From Thalia democratica (Eukaryota), in assembly GCA_965202585.1 (NCBI GenBank), contig OZ241832.1:33480001-33544000 (forward strand): a stretch of DNA of 64,000 bases, given 5' to 3'. Made by a program: the position numbers and the translations under genes. Positions 12,349-24,261 of this stretch are shown in pieces (position 1 is the first letter of the stretch; every line of letters begins with the position of its first letter). The notes under the pieces are model-generated. The model was not told where the DNA came from. It did not search any database and saw only the letters and a list, made by a program, of their open reading frames with translations.

Positions 12349-15300
12349 GATATAGTTACTATAATGGCTGTTTTTTGATAAAGCTTCTAATTAAAAGCAG
12401 ACTGGGGACTTTCCCACTTTTATCTATTTGTTTATTTTATTTATAAATATGAAAACAAAAGATAAAACTATACATATATTTAAAAAAAAGATCTAAATTT
12501 ATGTAAAATAATAATACTTGTAAAAAACTTTTACTAATTTTGATGATAAGTAGATTTCATCTTTATCTTTTTTTATATGTGACTTATTTGATACTTAATA
12601 CTTATATTCTATTCTACTTAGCAAACTGAAAAAAATGTCAAGTGAAAATTAGTGATATGTTTACTAAAAAAACTGAGACTTTTGTTAAGTGTAAGCTCTA
12701 TATTTTTTAAGTACCACTGCTACTTTTTGCTAGGAAGTTTCATTAGATTTATTTTTTAGATGTTTAATCATATATAGGGCAAGAATGCTGTATTATTTAT
12801 TTGTGTTTTAAACTCTTATTATTTCATTAGTTAACACAGTCATATTTCCTTTAAAACAAATTGTATTAAATATATAAAACAAACTCTCATTATTTCATTA
12901 TACTTTCATTATTTAACACAGTTTTTTTGAGGTATAAATAAACTTTCTTATAATTAAAAGATAAGTTAAACTGTGCAGCTTTGTAAAGTATAAAATACAA
13001 AGTTTTTATTGCAAATTAGTTCAAGCATGCTCAAATAAAGTAAGTTCAGAGTTAATCGTGTTTGTTTGTTATCCACAGCAATACTAATATATTTATGTTT
13101 TTTGGAAAACAAAAGACGTTAAACCACGTAAATAGTTGGAATAGATATTTCGACTAACCAAATTTTCACTTTTCTTAAACACCACAAATCGCCAAATTAC
13201 AAATTTTATTTTTATAGCTTCTAAACAAGTCATATAAGTGTACAATTTAAAAATTGCTTGTTTATTTTTATTTTTTAATTTGTTTGGAACACGAAAAGTT
13301 ATGACAAATTATAATGAAGCTTAGTAAATTTTTATTAGTACTCTAACTTTGTTTAGTAAGATGAAATTATATAATTTAATATTTGTTAAAAGAAGTTTTT
13401 ATAATTTGCTTACTACTGTTTACATGTTTGTTTGATGTAAACGTCTTACTTGCATTAAACTAGTGACACTACTATTGCAAACAATTTATGAAACAAAGTT
13501 TTCAATATTTTTCTGTACAATATCTACAACTACCATGACTTACTTGTAGTTGTTAGTATAAAGTGTACTAGAACTTTTTTTAAACTCTAAAAATAACTTC
13601 GTAATTAATAGGGAAGGAAATATAGACTTAATTTAAAAAATCGCTCGTCAGCAAGCTATTTTCAGTTATTCTTACTTAGCAAATAAAAAAGCTTTACGGT
13701 GCTTGAAATAAAAAAACTGAGTGTTAAAATTGTTTACAGACGTAAAAACTATTTTGTTTGTAGTGACGACTTAAATTTGATTATAGCGTTTCTACGCTTA
13801 AAATATTTAAAAAAATTAATCACTCTATATTATGAAACTATAAAAAGGAACCATTCAAATTTCTGTATTTTAAAAATGCAATAAGGAAAATACAAAAATT
13901 TGATGTACGTTGATATTTTGAATTACAATAGGGTTATCCGTTTTATTTTCGATTACAAATGTTTGCTACACGGTCCTCCTTATTGATTAATGTGAAACAT
14001 AAATGCTTTCTTTTAGTCTAGTATAGATTTTTTTTATAGTTTAAGAATATTTTATTTAAAAAAATACTCTACTTCTTAATTTTAAGGTTCTTTTATAATT
14101 TAACTAAAAAGAATATTGTTAAAATTTTTCCATTTTTTAAATTTTACAGATCGTTTTCATATCTACACAGTAGTATGATATTATTCAGTTTGTATAACTT
14201 TGTCATATGAACTCCAAATTAAAGTTTTGTTTTCAATTTTTTAAGATTTGATGAACTACTTTAAATTAATGTCGCTGATTTTGTATAAATTTATTTGGTA
14301 TTAAGTAAAAATTTGATAAAAGAACTTTAAGAAACTTAAAAATTTAGTCAGCTCAAACTTAGAGTATTACAACTTTTTTTAGTTATTTAACTTATAAAAA
14401 AAACACAAATTATGCTACAGATTTACTTACTTTCTTATTGATTAATATAGAAAATATTTGATATAATATAACATTGCAAAAAAAAACTATAAGTAGTCGA
14501 AAAATAGTGTTTAGAATTAGTTATACTTTCTTTTGTTAAAATGTAATTTTGTAAAAAATATTTATATAGAAAAGAACTTCGTTTTTTTTATCATACAAAA
14601 CAAGGAAGACTTTTGCTAAAAATAAAAACACACTTAACTACTTTTGACTTTTTCTAGTTGAAAAAGTTGCTGAAAATAAATTCTTTTGAAGTTGATATAT
14701 TGATTAACATATTTTTTGAAATTTTTTAAACTTTATGAAAATAAAGAGTTCTATCTTAAATTTTAAAGAAAAATAACTATAAAATGATAATTAAAGATAT
14801 TAACAAAACTTGCACAGTTGAAATTTAACAAACTAAATTATCAATAAGTCATCTAAGTAGAATTGAGATACGAAGTTTTAATGACACGTAAAACATTGTC
14901 AATTTAGTGACAATTTAGTTTATTTCACTTCAACTAATGTGACAAACAAAGTTTATAAATAATCTTTAATCTTACTACACTTCGATTTACGACTTTACTG
15001 AACTCTTAGTCTTATACATGTACGATACATTTTTATATTAAAAAAAAAGAGATTTTTTCAAATTTCTTTTTTTAAGTTTGTTAAATGTTGTGAGTTAGTT
15101 TTATATAAAACCAAAGTGAGTACTTAAGTTTATCGGTGTAAAATAGTCACACTATAATTTTATTAAGTAGAGCACACTAAAAAAAATAATTATTAAGAAA
15201 AACCTATGTCAAACATTATAACTTTTTATTTTAGTTATTTAAATAATATTTTGATGTATATGTCTTTTTTTATTTAAAATTGTAGCTTAAAAGCAATGCA

Positions 15301-17730
15301 CAGTAAATCACTAGGCAAACAAAGAAAAATAGTAAAAATTAGAAAAACTACCGTTGTAATGATTTAGTTATATTTGTTAGTAAAAAGTAGACTAAAACTT
15401 AGAAACTAGAAAGAATATACTTTTTTAGTTAAAGTGAAAAGTACAACATACAGTTTGTACAAAAAGTCATGACTCATGAGTCTACGGTAAGCTTTTTTTT
15501 TGTACACTACTCAAAATATATGCTTACCTATGAAATACTATCTTAAAACGATAAATAAAAATATAACTTAACTAAAATATTTTCTTTTTTGTAAAATATT
15601 ACAATTTAAAAACAATTTGTAATAAATAATGTTGTATAAAACAGTTGTGTTTTAAATTGCAGTTGCACTATAACAAAAAAACTCTTAGTTATTTTGTTTT
15701 TAGCAGTTCAAATAACATTGTTTCCTAAAGTAAAAGTTACGTGATAGTTAAAAGAATTATAACTTTTATGTTTTTACTTCGCGTAACTTGTCTAAGGTTT
15801 TTGTCACTGCCTTAATATACAAAATTTCATTTTATTTTAAATTTCAACCTTTTTTAATTGTGCAATATTGAAATTTTGTAAAAGTTAAATAAAATCGTCA
15901 TAACTTTATTTGAAACTAAAAATAGCAATAGATAATGAAAAAAAAAATTAAAAGTAAACTAAGAAAAAAAAAGTTAACTTTTGGTTGTTTTTGTTTATAA
16001 CTTTATTATCATTTAAACTTTTTAAGATTAACAAGTTTCCAATTAACTAAACTGATCACAGTTTTTAGATTTAATCTAGGTAGTAGCCAAAAAATTACAT
16101 AAGTATAAAATTATTAGGTAAAACATAGAAGTATTTTTTAAATTTAAGTATTCAGTTAGCATAGTAATATAAGAATTTTAGCAACTCTGCAAATTCACCA
16201 TTATGTACTAAACACTGGCACATTTTACCATTGATTAAAGGATTAACATTTAGAATAAACATAATTTATACTGAATTAAATATTTTAAAACAAGTAACTA
16301 AAGTAATACTTTAAAATACCTACGGGAAGTTTTTTGTAAACTCAAATAAAAGTTCTAAAATAAGGTTTTGGGAACTAATGTGGACAAAATAAAAGTTAAC
16401 TATTAAGTAGAATTTTGAATGGTATTTTTTATAAAATATTTTATAAAATTTTTAGTTAATTAAAATTTATATAGACTTAACCATTTTTTCTTAGATTTAT
16501 AATGTTTTGATGTTTAAGTTTTTTTAATTTGTTTTTAATAATGTTTAATTATATTTAGTTATGTTATTTAGTCTTGTTTGTTATCTTAAGTAAGCTTGTG
16601 TTTAATGCTGAATGTCTATTGTAAACAAAACTGATCTTTTATAAAGTGCTCTTTATGTGTGGTCAATGAAGCTAAAAATTACTGTTCACTGGCAGATTGG
16701 TTACTCCTATTTTGTACAATACACACATAGGAGATTCTAATGTTTTCTTTTGATGAAAAATAAAACAGTGAACAAAGCACAATGTTTTGAATATTTATAT
16801 ACAGTTAGTTTTGGTTTTATAATCTAGTGATTTTGCACAAGGATATTAAAATTAAATAAAAAAGTTATTATTTTTTATGTATAAAGTTGATAAGTAAATA
16901 TGTTTAATTCTATAAAAACCTTGTTTCTGTTTTATCTTTAACCTGTTAGAATTATTCTTAGCTTTAAACTTTTACAAGGTTAAATGTTAGCAGCTAAGTT
17001 GTTAAAAAAATTTTGTTTATTGTTGCAAGGGGTTGAGTTTGAGACTGATGTTTTTTTTACAAAAAAATAAATAAATAACTTTTCTTGTAAGAAAAGCCTC
17101 AGCCCTTTACAAATAATAAAACAGTAAATAGTTAGACCACATAGTAAGCTAATAATGAATAGAAAGATAAATATTGAAAAGTTTGTCTAAAACTGTTATC
17201 AAAAAAAAAAAAGAACATTTCTAGAATGACTACTAAAGTCAAAGCACACACTTTTGCACTCATTACTTTGTTTTATCTAATAGTTTACTAAAAATAGACT
17301 GTACTACTAAAAATTTTGAGGAAATAAATGTTTAACTTTCATTAAAGAATATACAAGAATTTACTATTGCAGTAGAATTATTAGTTTTGTTTTGTTTATT
17401 TATTTGATTTTTTATTTTTGAAATAAATTCATTCATAAATTAAATTTTTAATCAGACTACAAGGTTTAATTATTTATGAAGTTAAGAAAAAATGGATTCT
17501 CTGGATAACCCTAAATTTTCCAAAATTTCACTGGCTGTTTGATTTTTTTTTGAAAAATACTAAGTTTTGTTTATACATTTAAAAAATGATAAAAACACTT
17601 AATTTCTTTATGTACTACTTTTGTTTCTTTTGTGAGTTGTTAATAGTATTTTGAATTATACTTTAAACTGTTTGTGATGTTTATTTTATAAAAATTTGAG
17701 TGAATAAAAATAAAATTTAGTCTTTAAAAA

Positions 17731-18140
17731 CAGGGTTGCCACACACTCAGGGAGCTCAGGGAATTTTGATTTTTTTTTTTTAACTCAGGGAAACTCAGGG
17801 CAGTTTTGGTTTTTTCTAAAAAGTTCAGGGAAATTTTAAGAAATTTTTAAAAATCTCTGGGAAATTTTTTCTAGATCTAGAATGAGATTTAATTAATCAA
17901 GTTTCAATATTTTGTACAAAAAAGTTTATTTTATTCATTTTTAAGTGCTTATTTAGAAATTTTTTTATTCTTGCGGCAAGTTCTTCAATATTCTTAGAAT
18001 TAACATGGTAAGTTTTTAAAAATAAATAATAATTTAAGGATTTAAAAAAAATTTGGGGAAACTCAGGGGAGTTTAAGGTTACTCAAGGAAGTTTTTTGTC
18101 ACTCAGGGGAAATTTTTTGACTCAAAGAGTGGCAACCCTG
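17731..18140. mobile_element. Non-autonomous TIR element (CAGGGTTGCCAC ends, ACTCAGGGA subterminal repeats); deletion derivative of the 51685-52734 element
   Basis: TIRs CAGGGTTGCCAC / GTGGCAACCCTG. Both ends and an internal segment match 51685-52734 in opposite orientation. No clear TSD. Confidence 0.85.
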
Positions 18141-19058
18141 ACTTAGGCTACTCATTTCTAGTTTGAACTTTTTTGAAAAGCTCAGGCTGACTCAGCCAGT
18201 TATGATACTTTTTATAAATTTAAAGCTAGTTGTTATTGCAAGTTAGTCTTTATAATAATACTTTTTTAAGTTTTACCTATTAGTAAGTTCTTATATTTTA
18301 ATTTTTTTGTTTCTAGCTGTTTAAGCTTTAATAATAGTAAATATATTTTAAATTTTAGCTTGTATGTCCTGGACAAGAGACCTACAACCAAATATTTTTA
18401 GCGTAATTTTATTTTTCAATAAATTATATAACTATATATTAATTTTTATTTTAAATGATAGTATCTAAATTTTAAACTTAGGCTAGTATGTTGATCACTC
18501 AGAGGAGATTTTTTGCCTCAAAGAGTGATTATCCTGTTATTAGCAATCAGGAGCTCTTTGATGTTTTTTCTGATACTTATTTACTTATATTAGTCTTGCA
18601 ATTAGTTCAGGGTGGCCACAAAGTGTGGAAACCTGGAATTTGACAATTTAGGCAAAAAAATCTGGAATTAGGGTAATTTTAAAAATGAAACCTGAATTTT
18701 TGTACAAAAATTGTGAAAAACCTGATATTTTTTGAATTTTAATTTTTTATCAGTCTGATCTGTTAATTAACAATTGTAAATTTTATGATTTTTTGACTCA
18801 ATAAAAGTTTATTCAATTTTTGATTAGTATTTGATAATTTATTACATTAATTTATGAGACTACTGTACTAGTTAATTGTATTTTTATTGTGTTGAATGTC
18901 ATGTACAGTCAGTCAACAAGAACCTGTTTCTGACTGATGCAACTTAATAGAGTTCAAGTTAAGAAAAAACTAAAAACAATGGAAAATTAAGAGCAAGCGC
19001 AAAATAAGAGCACAGCCAAATAAAAATGTCTGATCTTTGTTTAAAGCCCAATGTAAGT

Positions 19059-19707
19059 GGGTAGCTGTCAATTTTGCACCAGTGTACAAAATTGCAGAAG
19101 GGGACAAAATTGCACGAGTGCACAAAATTGCAAGATGATACTTTTGCACAAAGACACTTTTGCACGGAGACATTTTTGCACAAGTTGAATTTTTTATTCT
19201 CATTATTTTTTATTTTTTATTAATTTCAATTATTTTATGTATGTATATGTTTTTTTACTATTACTGTTACCCCTAACCCTTACCCTCGGTATTTAACTTA
19301 TTATTACTTTTTGAATTTTATTTATTTTTTACTATTACTGTTACCCCTAACCCTTACCCTTGGTCGGTAGCTTTTTCTTAAAATTAATTATTCTTAATTT
19401 TTTTTTATAATAATAATTTTTAATATTTATCATTTTACTATTGTTTTTACTATCACTGTTACCCCCAACCCTTACCCTCTGTCAGTAAATTTTTTTTTTT
19501 ATTAATTATTTTTTTCTGTTTTATTTTTACTCTTGTGCCAAAATGTAACTCATGCAAAATTGACCCTTAGTGCGATATTGTCATTGTGCAATTTTGTTCC
19601 CTTGTGCAAGTTTGTCTTTGTGCAAAAGTATCTTCGTGCAGTTTAGTCCCCTTGTGAATTTAGTAACCATGTTCATTTTTATCTTTGTGCAATTTTGACC
19701 CGTTCCT
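19059..19707. mobile_element. Mutator-like (MULE)/foldback non-autonomous element with 9-bp TSD
   Basis: AATGTAAGT at 19050-19058 and 19708-19716. Imperfect TIRs contain GTCAA(T/A)(T/A)TTGCAC. AAAATTGCAC-type subterminal repeats are inverted at the two ends, with three internal copies of ACTGTTACCCCTAACCCTTACCCT. Confidence 0.8.
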
Positions 19708-19774
19708 AATGTAAGTACATAGTTTAAATCCATCAAAATCACCTATTTAAACTCAAGATTATTCTCTACTAAAA

Positions 19775-20055
19775 ATGGTTAAGAAAAGATGTACTTCAAA
19801 AAACCTCAAAGAAATTCTGAAAAACTTGGACAAAATATGCAAAAAACCGATGAGTTTAAATAAATCTGGCCTGATGGTGTAGTGTGGTGTGGCCTGATGC
19901 TGTAGTAGTATATGAATGTGCTGTAATAGAGTAGTGTTTCTGATGACGGCTTTGAAGATTCTCTAAGGTGAATGTTGCAAGATTAACCCATGGCCAAATT
20001 GTTTATAGCAAATTTTTCCTTGGGTTATTAAAGGTACTATAAGCTATTAAAAGTG
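19775..20055 (+). pseudogene. Possible frameshifted Merlin/ISXO2-like transposase remnant
   Basis: Broken frames give KICKKPMSL, PDGVVWCG, DGFEDSL and KTIECFFYL, in the order expected for the N-terminal Cys-motif region of these transposases. Needs several frameshifts and stops. Confidence 0.25.
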
Positions 20056-20381
20056 TTCACTAAAACTATTGAATGTTTTTTCTATCTAACTAAAGCAAAT
20101 AAAGTACATTAATGTAAATTAAGGGTATAGGGAGGGGTGGTAAATCACTTTTTTCACAATTTAATCTTGTTTAAAAAGTTTTAATTAAGCTACAAGATAC
20201 TTTTTACTAACTTGAAAATTTCAAAATAATATATATATAAGAGATATAGTAGGTCAAAGTCGGAGACAACAATAGGTGCCTTATGGGAGGCGCAAAACCC
20301 TTACATCCTAAATAAACTGCTATTAAAAGATGAATATGAACAGTAGCTTGATTCTCTAACTCCTAAAAGTCCCGTGCACAC

Positions 20382-21331
20382 CACAGTGGGCTGAAAACGG
20401 GGTTCAACCAGCCATTGACTATAATAAAGTAGTTTTGCAGAATGAAAAAAAAAATGTGTTAAACATAGTTAGATAGAGCTTGATTTCTTTGTTTCAAAAT
20501 TGGTTCTTCTTGAAGTATTTAAGAAGTTGTGTAAGTTTAAATCCAAACAATATTTGCCTATTGCAGTGTACAAACTACTCAAAATTCTTCATAGTTTTTG
20601 TTAAAAGTTTGTTTCAGAAAATTGCAAAAAAATTTAAAAAGAAATACTAGTTTAGAAAAACTTTTTTTATCCTTATTTTTGAATTTTGTATTATGTATAT
20701 TGAAAAATAAAGTAAGTTAATTTAAAACTAATAGTTTTTAGACTATTTTTTTAATTTTATAAATTGATTTTTTTAAAAAGCAAATAGGCATCAAAGTATT
20801 GCTTGTATAAACCAAAAAAAAAGTTATATGCCTATCAATATTTTATTGTTAATTTGTATATAATATAGAATCCCTGTCATGTTAGCTAAAACTTGAAAAA
20901 AAAGAGATCTATTTGTGATACCCTATATTACCCTAAATACACAAATGAATTTTTAGAAAGAATAGCAGTTTTTTTAATGAGAGTAATATACTTTTATCTT
21001 TAAATTTTCGACTTTATTTATTTTATTTTCGACTTTTTTGATTAACACATACAAAGTAAAATAAAATAAAAGTTTTTATCAAAGCTGTTAGGGTATTTTT
21101 TAACAGTTGTTGTAGGCCTTAATTTTGACATATTTTTTTTGACTTTTTTTAATCTTAAAAAAAGCAAAATTTTTTACATATAAGCTTACATAAATTTCAA
21201 TAAACTTTAAGCAGAATAGAACCAAAACTAGTTTTTAAAAGAATAAGCCCAGCTCCAAGTAATTGAATTAATCTCATAGTTTAATTTTACAGTCACTAAA
21301 ATGGTCTATGGCTGCTTGCCAGCCCACTGTG
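20382..21331. mobile_element. Non-autonomous Transib-like element, copy 1
   Basis: Ends CACAGTGGG / CCCACTGTG; 5-bp flanks CACAC / CACAT. Both ends match the 45566-46536 copy in opposite orientation. Confidence 0.8.
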
Positions 21332-22111
21332 CACATCATATTTTTATGTAAACTTGTTTAAATATATTATTTATAATCAGGATGACCATTTAAACTGGAA
21401 TCCTGGAAATTTTATAGTATTTAAAAAATAAACTAAAGTTTTGAAAAGTTTTTACAGGTAAAATAATGAAATTTAGTTTAGGTACATAATATCTATTAAA
21501 AAAAAATTCATGTTAATTTAAGATAAAAGAAACATTTAAAGTATCATACATTATCTTTTCAATATTTTTTTACTACTAGTTTGTTCATCTGGTTTTGTTA
21601 CTAAAAATGTTATTTTATACTACAAATTGACAAGAAAACATGTAATTTCAAAAACCTGAAAAAAAAACAGTGACCACTCAGTCTAATGTTAACTTGAGTA
21701 AGTTAAATAAGCTTAAAATTCTAAATGCTATAGTGTAAATAATTTGAAATAAACTATATATTATAAATAAATTCTGGCAGAAAAAATACTTGAAAAAAAA
21801 AACTTTAATTATACAAATTTAGTATGGACTCATATATTTTATCAGGATTATATTAACAAGTGTGTGAAAGAGATTGAAATAATAGTTTTATAACAAAATT
21901 ACTAATTTATTAACAAGGTTGCCACAAATTTAGGATAAGACAAGTTAAGAAAAAAACTTGCTAGTTTAATTTTTTAAGAAACTCAGTGAGTAGGGTGGCA
22001 TTATCCTGAAATAGGGATAAAAATCCTGGATTTTTATAGTTTTTACATGTAAACTTATAAAATTTATATTACATAAGTAAAATCTGTTAAAGACCAATAA
22101 TAACTATAATA

Positions 22112-22478
22112 CAGGATTGCCAAAAAATCTCAAATTCTTGAAAAACTTGGAATTTGACAGTTTAAGCAAAAAGAAAAAAAAACTAGAGTTTGAGATATTT
22201 TGAAAAAAAAACCTGGAATTTTAAACTATTTTTACATGTAAAGTAACAAAATTTCAATTGATACAAAAAATATATCACAATGACAAAACTTTTTTGTATA
22301 ATTTTTTTCATTAAAAAAAATATTTAGAATAGTAAAACAGTTTCTTTTCAATGTTGTTATTACTGCTTAAGACAGTTTTTTTTAACTTAAGTTTGATTTT
22401 CTACTAAACAAAAAGGATTAGAAAACTTGTATTTTCAAAAATCTGGAACTATGTTATAAAAAAATAATGGCCACCCTG
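22112..22478. mobile_element. Representative of a dispersed ~370-bp CAGG(G/A)T(G/T)GCCA...TGGCCACCCTG MITE family
   Basis: Imperfect TIRs and shared AAACCTGGAATT internal motifs. Related, more decayed copies or fragments lie near 732, 1162-1404, 18608, 21379-21680, 28585-28965 and 44579-44916. Confidence 0.65.
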
Positions 22479-22647
22479 AGTGGATTTTATTTAAAGGTGT
22501 GTGATGTATAATTTAAGAAGTTAGTAAAAGTTAAACTTAGTTTATGTGCACATAGAACTTATTTAGTGCATTTTAAAATATTTTAAAGCTATTAAGGCCA
22601 CAGGGAGGTTTGCTAATACTTTTATATTAAAATACATATAAATTTAC

Positions 22648-23019
22648 ATAAAAACAAATTATACAGTAATCTTCCTTTATTCTACCAACATATGTTTCTG
22701 TGTGTCAACAAATAAACACACTTCAACTGGGTTCTGTAAAAAAATAATTACTGTAATGAGAGAATAGAAGCATAGAATAAAGTAGGTGTATACATGTTTT
22801 CATTAAAATAAGATATTTTCTACAGATAATTTGTTTTAATGAAAACATGTATACACTTATTTTAATGAAAACATGTATACACCTACCTTATTCTATGCTT
22901 CTATTCTCTCATTACAGTAATTATTTTTTACAGAACCCAGTTGAAGTGTGTTGATTCGTTGACACACAGAAACATTTGTTGGTAGAATAAAGGAAGATTA
23001 CTGTATAATTTGTTTTTAT
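22648..23019. repeat. Long near-perfect palindrome (arms about 165 bp, 43-nt spacer)
   Basis: Arms 22648-22812 and 22856-23019 differ at about 5 positions. The spacer contains an extra copy of TTTTAATGAAAACATGTATACA. Confidence 0.9.
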
Positions 23020-24261
23020 TTATATTCCAGTGAAGTTACTTCACTAGGATCTTTTGTTAGCAAACAATTAAACCTAAATTTTGAACAGTTATAAATTTAC
23101 ATAACATTTTTTAAAGTTTTTTTTTAATGCTTTTTTTTGATATATACTCAGAAGTATATGTGAAAAAAACTCAAGTTTTTGTTGTCAACTATCTTGAAAT
23201 TACAGAATAAACTACAAGACTTTTCTTTGTTTTTTAACCATAAACTTAGAAGCTCAGAAACCTTGTTTTACTAGAAGTAGACATTCAATTTTTAAAAGAA
23301 TAAACTAATATATTGTGATCAGTATTATCATCTAAAAGTTTCTTTTTTAACTTCAAAATTTTAGTGTGTAAACAATAAAAGAAATACAACATTAAGTTTC
23401 AAACTTTAAAGAAAACTTATAAGTTTATTGTCTTTATACTTATATAAAGTTTGACTACTTGTAGCTAAGTTGGAGGTCTTTAAATTAAAATCAACTGTAA
23501 TATAAGTGTCTTACCCTTAGTAGCCTTAATAAAAGACTTTAAACAAAGTTTCTACTCTTTTTAAATTACAAAAGTTTAAATGTCATATACAGTAAACAAG
23601 AACAGGTGCTAAACTTGACATGGGTAGCTTAATAAATAAAAAAAAGTAAATATGTTCAAAAAAAGTTTAATGAGCCCTAGACAATATCAATTGGATATTT
23701 TAAACTAAGTAAAGATAATCATTTCAGAACAAAATCTAAAAGACTTAAAGTAATAGCTTTCAAAAATAGTTTTTGCTTTATGTTTTTATATATTAGAAAT
23801 ATATTTGTTATAAACTTGACAATGAGGCAAATTAAACTTATATTTAAACATTTTTTTTTTTTTTTTTTCAGTTTTGAAGTTTGAAAAACTTTAATTGTTA
23901 CTATATCTATGATAAAATATAATATACAAAAGCAACTTGATTTTACTTTGTTCATGCTTTGTTCAAAATTTTATTGTTGTTTTTTGAGCTATTTTTAATT
24001 AAAAGTAATTCTAAATGTATTTAAAAGTATATTTGTAATTTAAAATTAAATATTTCAAGCTGTTAAAAAATTAGAAAAGTATAAAGTTTAAGTCTTTTTG
24101 AGATTGCAAAAAATGATTGGCTAAATTTTGTTATCATCTAAACAGATTTCTCAAGTTAGCTGCTTAGATTTATAGTCATACAGTTTCAACAAAAATTTTA
24201 AATATATATTATATTTTCAGGTTTTTAAAATAATATACACAACAACTTTTTAATAATTAAG

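Noticed and set aside
19256-19480. Interstitial telomere
   Set aside because: Only single CCCTAA units inside a repeated module of a TSD-flanked transposon; no tandem (TTAGGG)n tract.
10470-24200. Hidden genes, tRNA, rRNA or snRNA in the long gap between the cystatin and POLR1C
   Set aside because: Candidate exon-like stretches checked by eye (e.g. about 13450-13550 and 16640-16760) had stops or no recognisable motifs, and no structured RNA gene was recognised. Small exons cannot be excluded without RNA data.
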